From Nostoc sp. DedSLP01 (lineage in GTDB: Bacteria > Cyanobacteriota > Cyanobacteriia > Cyanobacteriales > Nostocaceae): 64,000 nt of DNA. The notes under the pieces were generated by a model. It ran no database searches. It had not been told where the DNA came from and saw nothing but the letters and a program-made list of their open reading frames with translations. Positions 54,623 through 64,000 of the stretch are shown piece by piece (positions within the stretch are counted from its first letter, which is position 1; each line of letters begins with the position of its first letter). The DNA is taken from assembly GCA_034530875.2 (NCBI GenBank), contig JAVRCJ020000006.1:1-64000 (forward strand), given 5' to 3'. Made by a program: the position numbers and the translations under genes.

Positions 54623-55276
54623 ATGAAAAATTTTAAATATATTTTGATGGTCGTCTTATTAATTGTAAATCTAGTATTTGTTGAACCTTCGTTAGCCGAC
54701 CGTCCGAAATATTCAAAAAATCCCGATTATATAAATTTGACTCAAGAACTAACTAATTTGCAAACTCTCAAACAAACGCAAACTGAATTAGATGGTTCGA
54801 CATCAAAGGAAATCGACCAAAAAATCAATGAATTAGAGTTGCAAAAATATGCCTTCGAGTCAGGAATCGATTGGGGTCAGTGCAGCAATCAAACAGGTAA
54901 GACTTTAGCTATCTACGGCCCCGAACCAAATCTTGATGACGATGAATATTCACAAGGCGCTGCATTGTATTTTCTGGGTAATGGCAAGACCACTAAAGAT
55001 AGATGGAATTGCAAAGGTGTTTATCTACCTAACGATCTCACAGCGATCGCTTCGGGTGTAGATGGAAATCAACAAGAGTTACCAAGTGGCGTTGTAGTCA
55101 AGGTTCCTAACGGGACTAACTTAGTTTTGAAGTTAAATGCAGATACCGGGGCGATCGAATTTAATAAAGCTGGTACTAAAATTTTGAAAGCTGGCGATGT
55201 CGATTGGTTTATCCCTAACGTATCGCAAGATATTGTAGATGCACGAGTTACTAATGCACCTACAAAGAAGGCTTGA
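54623..55276 (+). CDS. Secreted hypothetical protein
   Basis: Signal peptide; CSNQTGKTLAIYG, WNCKGVYLP. Confidence 0.75.
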   Translation: MKNFKYILMVVLLIVNLVFVEPSLADRPKYSKNPDYINLTQELTNLQTLKQTQTELDGSTSKEIDQKINELELQKYAFESGIDWGQCSNQTGKTLAIYGPEPNLDDDEYSQGAALYFLGNGKTTKDRWNCKGVYLPNDLTAIASGVDGNQQELPSGVVVKVPNGTNLVLKLNADTGAIEFNKAGTKILKAGDVDWFIPNVSQDIVDARVTNAPTKKA

Positions 55277-55421
55277 ACAGGAATTCAATAATATAAACGA
55301 TGGTAGGGGCGCACAGCTAGCTGTACGCCCCTACAAGCATTTAATATTCAAACAGTGTATTCCATTAAATGAGAAAAGAAATTAGGCGTCATTTTGAATT
55401 TTGAATTGAGATGACTCCTGA

Positions 55422-56189
55422 TTATTCCTTTGCTATCAAATTTTTTTCTTCAGGTAGTAATGTTGTTTCATCTTTTGCGACTTCTTCATTTACAGCTTTA
55501 GCCGCAGTCAAATAAGGTTTGATAATTAAGCTGACACCAATTGCCCAAGCTAATGCAACCATCCAACCGGCAAGAATGTCACTAGGAAAGTGAACGCCCA
55601 AATAGATACGACACCATGCAATAGCTACTATATATAAACTACCGAAGATAAAAACTAACCGACGCCACGGGGTAGCCCAATTTAAAATGAGCAAAATTGC
55701 AACCATTGTGACACTAGTCATTGCATGATTGCTAGGAAATGCAAAACTAGATTCAGGTGCAAGAGATTCCCATAAATGTGGGCGAACTCGATGCATGAAT
55801 CCTTTAGTTATGATGTTAATTGTCAAGCTTCCTAGTGAAATCGTAAGTACATAAGCTAGCGATCGCCAGCGTTTTTGTACTAGTAATGTTATTAGAATTG
55901 CACCTACAACTGGTATGTCTATCCAAGGCGACCCAATGATAGCCAGTAGCACTGCTAAAACATCAAGCTGAGGGTTTGCTGTGGAGTGAACTGCTAATAA
56001 AATTGGCACATCCCACGGAAAGTCAGCTTTATTTTCCCATAGCTTCACTGCCAAGATTTCAAATACCTGCAAAGGTAAATATACTCCAATTAACAGGAGT
56101 AAGAGCGATGGCCAGCGGGCAATCAATAGATTTTTCAGAAAATAAAAGGGGGATCTACTTTCTTGATTGGGTTGTTTGACACTTTGCAT
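55422..56189 (-). CDS. PAP2-family membrane phosphatase
   Basis: KxxxxRxRP, FPSNH, RIYLGVHFPSD. Confidence 0.9.
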   Translation of the reverse strand: MQSVKQPNQESRSPFYFLKNLLIARWPSLLLLLIGVYLPLQVFEILAVKLWENKADFPWDVPILLAVHSTANPQLDVLAVLLAIIGSPWIDIPVVGAILITLLVQKRWRSLAYVLTISLGSLTINIITKGFMHRVRPHLWESLAPESSFAFPSNHAMTSVTMVAILLILNWATPWRRLVFIFGSLYIVAIAWCRIYLGVHFPSDILAGWMVALAWAIGVSLIIKPYLTAAKAVNEEVAKDETTLLPEEKNLIAKE

Positions 56190-56262
56190 ATTTTCAATCC
56201 TGGCTCCTGACTCCTAACTTCTGAATACTTTATTAAAATCAAGTATTAGATGTCATCTATCA

Positions 56263-57510
56263 CTAGTTAATAGTTCTGGTGGAATTTTGAAAAGAGCCAC
56301 AATGTTTACAGTACGGTAAATGTTGATAAGTCAGATTATGGCAGTTTTCGCATTCTAAGTATTGATAATAACCGCAGTGGGGACAGTGGCGATCGCTACG
56401 CCGAATTTTTTTCGCGCAATTGACACAAAGTGATTTTTGAACTCTATTAGCTGCTTGGACTTTAGCATTGAAGACAAATCTTTGAAAGAACTTGATAATT
56501 CCAAAACCAATCAGGGGAATTAGCAGGATATAAACATAATTGATTAAGAAAAGCAAGCCGCCAAAAATTCGGCTAACTATATCAAATATAAATTGAAAGA
56601 TTGCCCCGATTTGCAGAAACTCAAAGATTTTAACGAACAGCGGTATAAAAAATATAACTAGCAAATGCCAGCTAATCAGCGATATAAGTCCATATCCTCT
56701 GCCTTGGGCAAATCTGTGAACTAATAAAGCAATAATAATCAGCGGTAACAGAAAGAGAGACTGAAAGCCAAGCTGAATACTGGGATACCAAAATGATGCT
56801 TTTTGGTAGCCTTTTTCAACTTCATTAAATTGATTTTCATCTCGCAGAAAGGTAAGAAAACTAGTACTTTCTGGTTTTGTAACTAGCTGATTTTGAAGAT
56901 TAGAATTTTCCTGTTTCAGGGTAGCAATTTGGCTGTTATTTTGGTCTAACTGCTGTTTAGCTTTTTCAGCACCGACTTGATTAATTGATTGTTCGCGCGG
57001 TTGTCCAGCAATTTTTTCTAAGAGAGTCGAATCATATTGAGCGCGAATATTACGATTAGTTTGTTCGAGATTGCTTATTTTTCCTTGTTTCTGTTCGATA
57101 ATTTTGATAATTTGCTGATTTTGTGGGTTGTTAATCTTATCTTTATACTCTCCATACTTTAAGCATGTTTGATTGACTTGTCCAAGATGCCCTATTTCGC
57201 TCTGTTGATAGTTCTTTTGAAAACTAAATTGATTGCTTGAATTATAGGGAAAAGAAACTTTGATAATTTCATAATCTTTATCTTTAGTAGTTTTTTCGCG
57301 GTAATTCTGCCATTCTGAATAACATGGATAAGCCTCAGTGGGGCTGATATGCCATCTACTAATATCATCTAGGCCTGTAAAAACGTTGATTAAGATAAAA
57401 ATATCAATTAAAATAATTACAATCAAACTCACTTTATTTAGTGGTTCGTTGTTAATATTTCTTGACTTATTAAAAAACTGATTGAAAAGACGGCGAATTC
57501 TGGCAAACAT
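56263..57510 (-). CDS. Membrane protein with coiled-coil domain and C-terminal double zinc ribbon
   Basis: Hydrophobic segments; CVNC, CPHC, CENC, CKHC. Confidence 0.75.
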   Translation of the reverse strand: MFARIRRLFNQFFNKSRNINNEPLNKVSLIVIILIDIFILINVFTGLDDISRWHISPTEAYPCYSEWQNYREKTTKDKDYEIIKVSFPYNSSNQFSFQKNYQQSEIGHLGQVNQTCLKYGEYKDKINNPQNQQIIKIIEQKQGKISNLEQTNRNIRAQYDSTLLEKIAGQPREQSINQVGAEKAKQQLDQNNSQIATLKQENSNLQNQLVTKPESTSFLTFLRDENQFNEVEKGYQKASFWYPSIQLGFQSLFLLPLIIIALLVHRFAQGRGYGLISLISWHLLVIFFIPLFVKIFEFLQIGAIFQFIFDIVSRIFGGLLFLINYVYILLIPLIGFGIIKFFQRFVFNAKVQAANRVQKSLCVNCAKKIRRSDRHCPHCGYYQYLECENCHNLTYQHLPYCKHCGSFQNSTRTIN

Positions 57511-57756
57511 ATTTGCTTGGTAAGAAATAATAATTTAATCAGTACCTTTATAGCAGGGAAAAGTACCTTTGGCATTTTTTTGTAGGTTAGATTTCGTAAA
57601 ACGAAACGCAATAAATATATTAGATTACTGTATTAGAAATTTACAAATCGAGATATTTTCCGATTTGGCAAAGTTATTCTCAGAAAAATTAATTTTATGC
57701 GATCGCCTATAAATATACGCTGTAGGGTAGCACGGCTGCGCTACCCTACAAAAAAT

Positions 57757-58491
57757 CTATTTCGCTGCGAAGTATGCTTCTAGTGCTTCAGAACCACCAA
57801 TTAATTTACCATCGATAAATACTTGGGGAACTGTTGTCGCACCTGTAACGGCTCGTAAAGAGTGTGTGGTAATATCTTTACCTAAGACAATTTCTTCGTA
57901 ATCCATTCCATGTTCCTTGAGCATTGCCTTAGCACGAGCGCAGAAGGGACAACCCACTTTTGCAAACAGAGAAACTTGTTCTGGCTTGGCAGCTTGGGGG
58001 TTTATATATCTGAGCATTGTCTCAGCATCAGACACCTTAAAGGGATCTCCTGGCTCGTCTGGTTCAATAAACATTTGATTAATTACGCCATCTCTCACCA
58101 GCATAGAATAACGCCAAGAGCGTTTACCAAATCCCAAGTCTGACTTATCTACTAGCATTCCCATGCCTTCAGTAAATTCGCCATTACCATCGGGAATTAG
58201 TGTAATATTCTCTGCTTCTTGATCCTTTGCCCATTCGTTCATGACAAAAGCATCATTCACAGAAATACAAATAATGTCATCGACACCATTTTCTTTGAAA
58301 ACTTTAGCCAACTCGTTATAACCAGGAAGATGAGTTGACGAACAAGTAGGAGTATAAGCACCTGGTAAGGAAAAGACAACTACCGTCTTATTCCTAAATA
58401 ACTCATCAGTTGTGACATCTACCCATTGGTTATCTTTACGTGTATGAAAAGTAACGTTTGGAACTCTTTGCCCTCGGCGATTTTGCAACAT
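57757..58491 (-). CDS. Hybrid peroxiredoxin (Prx5)-glutaredoxin
   Basis: [17 protein letters not shown]-terminal CPFC and TVPQVFI. Confidence 0.93.
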   Translation of the reverse strand: MLQNRRGQRVPNVTFHTRKDNQWVDVTTDELFRNKTVVVFSLPGAYTPTCSSTHLPGYNELAKVFKENGVDDIICISVNDAFVMNEWAKDQEAENITLIPDGNGEFTEGMGMLVDKSDLGFGKRSWRYSMLVRDGVINQMFIEPDEPGDPFKVSDAETMLRYINPQAAKPEQVSLFAKVGCPFCARAKAMLKEHGMDYEEIVLGKDITTHSLRAVTGATTVPQVFIDGKLIGGSEALEAYFAAK

Positions 58492-58566
58492 AACTTTGCT
58501 TTCAGAACTAACAATACCAGTAATATCCTATGATGAAATTACTGGTTTGATTTAGCTGTGAATTAG

Positions 58567-59496
58567 CTAAGAAACTTCATTAACAAATGGAGCGATCGCC
58601 TTTACAAATTCAGTAGTTGATTCATAAGGTAAAACATTGCGCCCATTTATTTTAATACCTCTACCTTGAAGTAAACAAGCCAAGTAGTCAGCCAAGCGCT
58701 CATCTGGCGTTTCTTTTTTGCCTTCATCGCTAATACTTGATGCTGTCTCTCCAACAACTACTAGCGTTGGCTGCTGGATAGAAGCAATGAGACTACTATA
58801 ATCCTCTCGCCAAAACCCTGCTAAAAAAGAAAATACTGCATGGCGGCTAGCAAGATTTTTTGCACCTGCAACCAATGTATTTAACCATTCTGCATCGACA
58901 TCATTCTCAGAAGCAAAGAGTTGGCGAGTCGAGAAAGAACGTAAAAACTTTGGCGTGCGTGCGTAAAGATAAAAACCACTACCAAAAGGTGAATCTAACA
59001 GATTCCAAAGCAATTTTTGCTGCCATTCTAGCGATTTTGTAGTAATTACAGCCCAAGCTGGCGGCCCGGAAAGTACAAGTCCAGCGATTAAATTTGATGC
59101 CTTTTTAACTAATTCAAGCGCAACTGGAAATAAAGCACCTTGTACGACTAAAATTACAGGTTTTTGTACTACTGTTTGCAAAAAGTATTGCAACTGTTCT
59201 GCCCAATCGCTAGGAGTGTAAGCAATTCGGGGCATATCACTTTCACCACATCCTAGTAAATCTGGATTGTAAATTAAATTACGCTGACCAGAATTATACC
59301 ATTCCTGTTGAAATCGTCGCCAAAATTGCCGCGATAATCCCACACCAATTGGATGAATTAAGACTAAAGGAATACCTGAGGGTATTGTATTACTTGGTTG
59401 ACGAACTTCGTAAGCGCAACGATAATTCTGCCAAGTGTAAAATTGGCTAGGAGATGCTGTCAAATCGGTTGTTTGAGCTACAGCAGATGTTTGCAT
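58567..59496 (-). CDS. Alpha/beta fold hydrolase-like protein
   Basis: HPIGVG, DLLGCGES; the nucleophile elbow appears as VQG. Confidence 0.8.
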   Translation of the reverse strand: MQTSAVAQTTDLTASPSQFYTWQNYRCAYEVRQPSNTIPSGIPLVLIHPIGVGLSRQFWRRFQQEWYNSGQRNLIYNPDLLGCGESDMPRIAYTPSDWAEQLQYFLQTVVQKPVILVVQGALFPVALELVKKASNLIAGLVLSGPPAWAVITTKSLEWQQKLLWNLLDSPFGSGFYLYARTPKFLRSFSTRQLFASENDVDAEWLNTLVAGAKNLASRHAVFSFLAGFWREDYSSLIASIQQPTLVVVGETASSISDEGKKETPDERLADYLACLLQGRGIKINGRNVLPYESTTEFVKAIAPFVNEVS

Positions 59497-59517
59497 AATT
59501 CCTAGTTTTAATAGTTG

Positions 59518-60342
59518 CTAAAAAATCATCTGGGGATGAATCAACTCGTATCCAGCTTCTTTGAGCTTTTCATTAGATACCCAGGCATTATATAGGCGGG
59601 TGCTAGTGACGGAAGTATCCCATATAACTTTAGGTAAGTTATGCTTTGCAAATAAGCTGTCCAGCAAATCTCGACTGGTGAGATGAGTATCATCTACTAA
59701 ATTATAAATGCCTTCCAAGCGACGTTGACGGGCAAATTCGATCGCACCAACAATATCATCCAAGTGAATCCAATTTGTGATATCCTCGCCACTCCCCGGA
59801 CGAGTTGTACCAGAATATCTACCAAATATTTTCACTAATTCCCTGCCAGTCCCATAAATACCTCCCAAACGGAAGATACAAACCCGCAGATTTTCGCTAG
59901 ATGCTGATAGCAACACCTCCTCAGTTTTGCGGAGAATTTGGGCATTTAAATTAGCAGGTGCAAGCGGTGTTTCTTCGTCTACCCAAACACCATTTCTGTC
60001 ACCATACACTGCATAACTTCCGGTGTAAATTAATTGCTTGACACTGGGAATATGCCGCAAGAGTGAAACTAAATTATTGGCAGTTTGTAAATAAGTTTCT
60101 TCATAGGCCTCCGGCCCCTTTGCACCTACGCTCAAAAGTACAACATCTTGATTTTGTAAAACGGATTTTAGACTATCTAAGTCATTACCTTTAGTAACTA
60201 CAACTCTTTGAGCTACTGATTGTAGTGCAGGAACACGCTCAGGAGAAATTGTGGTTGCAGTGACAACAAAATTCATATTTTGCTGCCAATATTGAGCAAC
60301 TTTAGAACCAACATAACCACAACCAATTATTGCAACATTCAT
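59518..60342 (-). CDS. Atypical SDR / NAD-dependent epimerase family protein
   Basis: GCGYVG, RLGGIYG, NWIHLDD. Confidence 0.87.
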   Translation of the reverse strand: MNVAIIGCGYVGSKVAQYWQQNMNFVVTATTISPERVPALQSVAQRVVVTKGNDLDSLKSVLQNQDVVLLSVGAKGPEAYEETYLQTANNLVSLLRHIPSVKQLIYTGSYAVYGDRNGVWVDEETPLAPANLNAQILRKTEEVLLSASSENLRVCIFRLGGIYGTGRELVKIFGRYSGTTRPGSGEDITNWIHLDDIVGAIEFARQRRLEGIYNLVDDTHLTSRDLLDSLFAKHNLPKVIWDTSVTSTRLYNAWVSNEKLKEAGYELIHPQMIF

Positions 60343-60510
60343 GACAATTTAAGAAGGTCTGCGTAAAAATTTGTTGTTGGGAGAAAACAGATGAGGGAGA
60401 CAAAGAGAGATGGGGAAGTGTGGGGAGTGTGGGGAGTGTGGGGGGAAAGATTTCTTCCCCATCTTCCCACACCTCCTACACTCCCTGTTTGCCCCATGCC
60501 CAATAACTAT

Positions 60511-60996
60511 TTATTTTGCTAATTCGCCTTCAATTGCGTTAATTAGCTCTGGTGAAGATGGGTGGATATTACTTTTAAATCGTGCTACTACTTCACCTTG
60601 CTTATTCACTAAAAATTTTTCAAAGTTCCAAGCAACATCCCCTCTTGGCTGCACAGCTTTGGTAAGTCGCTCGTAAAGTGGGTGCTGCTGCGAGCCTTTG
60701 GCATGAACTTTATCGAATAATTCAAATGTAACACCATATTGACTCGTGCAGAATTTCGCAATTTCTTCATTGCTTCCGGGTTCCTGCGCCCCAAAATCGT
60801 TACAAGGGAAGCCCAAAATACGTAAACCCGTTTCTTTGTACTTTTGGTTCAACTTCTCTAGCCCGTCGTATTGGGATGTATAACCGCAGTACGAAGCGAC
60901 ATTCACGATTAAAAGTACTTTTCCTGCGTAGTCGTTTAATTGCTTATCCTGGCCGTTGATGGTTTTGACCGCGATATCAGAAATTGCCTTACTCAT
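60511..60996 (-). CDS. Glutathione peroxidase family protein
   Basis: NVASYCG, GFPCNDFG, WNFEKF. Confidence 0.93.
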   Translation of the reverse strand: MSKAISDIAVKTINGQDKQLNDYAGKVLLIVNVASYCGYTSQYDGLEKLNQKYKETGLRILGFPCNDFGAQEPGSNEEIAKFCTSQYGVTFELFDKVHAKGSQQHPLYERLTKAVQPRGDVAWNFEKFLVNKQGEVVARFKSNIHPSSPELINAIEGELAK

Positions 60997-61399
60997 CTGG
61001 AATCGGAATACATAGGGAATATTGCCAAGTCTCCCATATTACAGGTACTTTAAACTCGGTTTAGTTGATAAAACTAAGTGACTAGTAACTAGGGACTGAA
61101 GACTAAAGAGTGAGGAATCAGAAGTAAATATATATTTAGGAATACTTTTTCAGTAGCTAATACCTTACTTATCCTTTAACTAGCGATCGCCTGTGAGTAA
61201 ACTTGTGATAACCTGTTTGTAGATATATCTACTAATCCGTTATTTCGGAATAAATATTGCAAATCTGCGTTGCTTTTAATACAAAACCTCAATATTCTAC
61301 CAACAGAACCACAGACGCACTCAAAACAGAAGTTCGATCTCCTCAGGAAGCTTTGCCTGGGAGCTATCTATGGCTGAAATAAAAAAGATCGGGTGAGCT

Positions 61400-61951
61400 A
61401 TGGCGATTCTTAAATTAGAAGATGATACAATCCTCACGGATATCAATGATATCGGTCAAGAACTCGCACCCTTAAACATTCAACTCAATCGCTGGGCTGT
61501 AGGAGATAATCCAGAGTTACATCGGTTGCTGGCACAAGATAGCCTCAACGAAGATGAAAAAGAAGGGGTACTAAAATTACTCGATCGCTATTTTAATCAA
61601 CTGCAACAAACAGCAGGCTATCAGTCACGAGATCTCATTGTTCTTCATCCAGGAGTTCCCAACCTCGACGAACTGATGGTTAAGTTTGGCCAAATTCACA
61701 TCCATGCTGATGATGAGGTACGCTACATCATTGATGGCGAAGCCGTTTTTGGCTTTGTGCGCCCCGATGGTAGCCAGGTAGAACTGACAGTCCAACCAGA
61801 AGAGTATATTAACGTACCAGCAAAAACGGAACACTGGTTTCATCTCACAGCAAAAAGGCGAATTAAAGCGGTGCGCTATTTCATCAGTACTGAAGGTTGG
61901 GTTCCTCAGTATACAGGTCAAGAAATTCGCCTTCATCGGGCAGTAGCTTGA
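61400..61951 (+). CDS. mtnD: Acireductone dioxygenase
   Basis: HIHADDEVRY, HWF cupin motifs; operon context. Confidence 0.88.
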   Translation: MAILKLEDDTILTDINDIGQELAPLNIQLNRWAVGDNPELHRLLAQDSLNEDEKEGVLKLLDRYFNQLQQTAGYQSRDLIVLHPGVPNLDELMVKFGQIHIHADDEVRYIIDGEAVFGFVRPDGSQVELTVQPEEYINVPAKTEHWFHLTAKRRIKAVRYFISTEGWVPQYTGQEIRLHRAVA

Positions 61952-61954
61952 GAA

Positions 61955-62623
61955 ATGCCGAAAAACACAGAACTGGCAGGACAAAAAGTGAAGCGGATTG
62001 TTTTTTGCGACTTTGACGGCACTATCACAGTTGAGGAAACCTTTGTTGCAATTCTGAAAAAGTTTGCTCCAGAACTATCTGCAAAATTGATACCAGAAAT
62101 GTATGCACAACGGCTTACACTCCGAGAAGGTGTCCGAGAAATCTTGCAATCAATCCCATCTTCCAGCTATGGCGAAATTTTAGAATTTACTCGAAAACAG
62201 CAGATGCGTCCAGGATTTTTGGAACTGCTGGATTTTTTGGACTCTCAGCAAGTACCCCTGGTGGTAGTTTCTGGGGGACTGCGAGGGATGGTAGAAATTA
62301 TTTTGGGTGCGACGCAACAGCGAGTACACGCTATCCACGCCGTAGATGTGCATACCAGCGATACTCTGTTAAAAGTCCACTCTGATTATGAGGGAGAAAC
62401 AGAACTGGTGGCAAAGGTACGGGTGATGGCAGAGTATCCGGCTGATGAGAAAATTGCCATTGGTGACTCGCTGACTGACCTAAATATGGGGCTTGAGGCA
62501 TCTGTAGTATTTGCTCGCGATCGCCTAGCAGAGTATCTTAATCAATATCAGAAACCGTATATTCCTTGGAATAATTTCTTCGATATCCGCGATTATTTAG
62601 CAAAATCATGGAAGTCAGTATGA
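61955..62623 (+). CDS. mtnX: HAD-IB phosphatase, MtnX-like
   Basis: CDFDGTIT, VVSGG, IGDSLTD, FARD. Confidence 0.82.
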   Translation: MPKNTELAGQKVKRIVFCDFDGTITVEETFVAILKKFAPELSAKLIPEMYAQRLTLREGVREILQSIPSSSYGEILEFTRKQQMRPGFLELLDFLDSQQVPLVVVSGGLRGMVEIILGATQQRVHAIHAVDVHTSDTLLKVHSDYEGETELVAKVRVMAEYPADEKIAIGDSLTDLNMGLEASVVFARDRLAEYLNQYQKPYIPWNNFFDIRDYLAKSWKSV

Positions 62624-63321
62624 TAAAGCAAACCTTAGCTGACCCCCGTCTTGAGTTAATCGCTACAGCCCGTCACTTTTATCAACAAGGTTGGATGGTG
62701 GGGACTGCTGGTAATCTCTCAGTAGCTTTACCTGACGGTAGTTTCTGGATTACAACCAGTGGTCGGTCTAAAGGAGAATTATCACTAAATGACTTTGTTC
62801 GTATTTATCCAGATTGTAAGGAGCATTCCTCAAATAATTTAAAACCCTCAGCAGAAACGGCCATTCACCAGGTACTTTATACCTTGTTTCCCGAAGCCAA
62901 GGCTTGTTACCACATCCACACAGTTGAGGCAAATTTAGTTTCTCGCTTTGTGGCTGGAAACTCTCTACTTTTACCACCTCTAGAAATGCTCAAAGGTTTG
63001 GGAGTTTACCAAGAAAATCCCAATTGTGTAATTCCCATCTTCGCCAACCATTTACAAGTTTCCCAAATTGCCGCTGACATCAAAGAACGCTTCACACTTA
63101 CCCCACCCCAAGTACCAGCCTTACTCATCCGCGACCATGGCCTTACAGTTTGGGCATCTTCCCCTGAGTCTGCCCTTAATTACATCGAGCTGGTAGAGTA
63201 CATTTTTCGCTACATGGTAGCTATTCGGGGGCAGGGGAGATGGAGAGATGGGGAGGTAGGGGAAGCAGAGGAGGCAGAGGAGGCAGGGGGCAGGGGAGAA
63301 CCAATGACCAATGACCAATGA
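62620..63321 (+). CDS. mtnB: Methylthioribulose-1-phosphate dehydratase
   Basis: GWMVGTAGNLS, KPSAETAIH, HIH, HGLTVW. Confidence 0.9.
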   Translation: MIKQTLADPRLELIATARHFYQQGWMVGTAGNLSVALPDGSFWITTSGRSKGELSLNDFVRIYPDCKEHSSNNLKPSAETAIHQVLYTLFPEAKACYHIHTVEANLVSRFVAGNSLLLPPLEMLKGLGVYQENPNCVIPIFANHLQVSQIAADIKERFTLTPPQVPALLIRDHGLTVWASSPESALNYIELVEYIFRYMVAIRGQGRWRDGEVGEAEEAEEAGGRGEPMTNDQ

Positions 63322-63338
63322 CTAATAACTAATAACTT

Positions 63339-63638
63339 ATGACTAACCAAACTATTCACGTTGTTGCTCATGTTATTGCTTTGCCTGACAAAGTAGAAGA
63401 ACTCAAAGCTGTTTTGTTGGAAGTCATTGAACCAACCAGACAGGAACCAGGTGTAATTAAGTATGAACTTTTGCAAAATCAATCTAATCCAACAGAGTTT
63501 ACTTTTGTGGAAGAGTGGACTTCTAATGAAGCACTGAATACTCATTTGGATTCACCGCATTTGCAAGCTGCACTAGCCAAACTCGAAGGCTTAGTGGCTA
63601 CTGCACCAGATGTCCACCGCTACCATCTTTTGGCATAA
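63339..63638 (+). CDS. Putative quinol monooxygenase (ABM family)
   Basis: TRQEPG, FVEEW, HLDSPH. Confidence 0.85.
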   Translation: MTNQTIHVVAHVIALPDKVEELKAVLLEVIEPTRQEPGVIKYELLQNQSNPTEFTFVEEWTSNEALNTHLDSPHLQAALAKLEGLVATAPDVHRYHLLA

Positions 63639-63799
63639 CGCAACCCCATGTCAAACTCCACACCAAGAGACTTTTAACCCTCCTGCCTCCTGCCAACAGC
63701 TTAAATTTTCAGATTGAAGCGATCGCTCCAGAATCAAGGCAACATTCTGAAGTATCTTGATCCTGAGGCCTTAGTCGAAAATCGAAAGCTGCAACATCT

Positions 63800-64000
63800 A
63801 TGTGCCAATTGCTTGGAATGAATTGCAATGTCCCAACGGATATTTGCTTTTCTTTTGAAGGTTTTTCTGCACGGGGAGGAAAAACAGATCATCATAGCGA
63901 TGGTTGGGGCATTGCTTTCTTTGAAGGAAAGGGATGCCGCATGTTTTTAGATGTCCTACCCTCTGTTATTTCTCCAGTAGCAGAGTTTGTGCGGAATTTT
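63800..64000 (+). CDS. Class II glutamine amidotransferase, YafJ-like (partial, runs off the window)
   Basis: [19 protein letters not shown]...DGWGIAFF. Confidence 0.88.
   Translation, partial: MCQLLGMNCNVPTDICFSFEGFSARGGKTDHHSDGWGIAFFEGKGCRMFLDVLPSVISPVAEFVRNF

Noticed and set aside
61000..61399. SAM riboswitch upstream of mtnD (also checked upstream of metK)
   Set aside because: No SAM-I core motifs recognisable by eye; an Infernal search would be needed

Overview
Chromosomal segment of a heterocyst-forming (Nostocales-like) cyanobacterium, judged from frequent HIP1 octamers (GCGATCGC), heptamer STRR repeats, GTAG...CTAC palindromes and Nostoc-type gene order. Core genes: ssuD, metK, prk, petH, hom, the CO2-concentrating locus (cupB-ndhD4-ndhF4 divergent from ccmK2-K1-L-M-N-O plus a CbbR-type LysR), mnmE, a GH38 alpha-mannosidase, psbN/psbH/tatA/pth, two thiol peroxidases and mtnD-mtnX-mtnB. 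Best accessory signals: (1) an AT-rich three-gene DUF262 / AAA-DUF3696 / RelE-like cassette with Menshen-type defence architecture, lying between an intact Uma2 gene and a decayed copy of that gene's 3' end; (2) four copies of a 26-bp palindrome linking ssuD with a TTC38-like TPR gene, a PhnD-like binding protein and a small membrane ORF, suggesting a sulfur-starvation module; (3) a pair of secreted DUF4360-like paralogues behind a MITE; (4) an orphan ParA-like ATPase next to mnmE; (5) several MITEs or IS ends, a permease relic cut at a HIP1 site, a probable frameshift in an acyltransferase, and three ATAG-N8-CTAT boxes before the LysR gene. No rRNA, tRNA or CRISPR array was recognised. All family assignments come from motif recognition by eye, not database searches.
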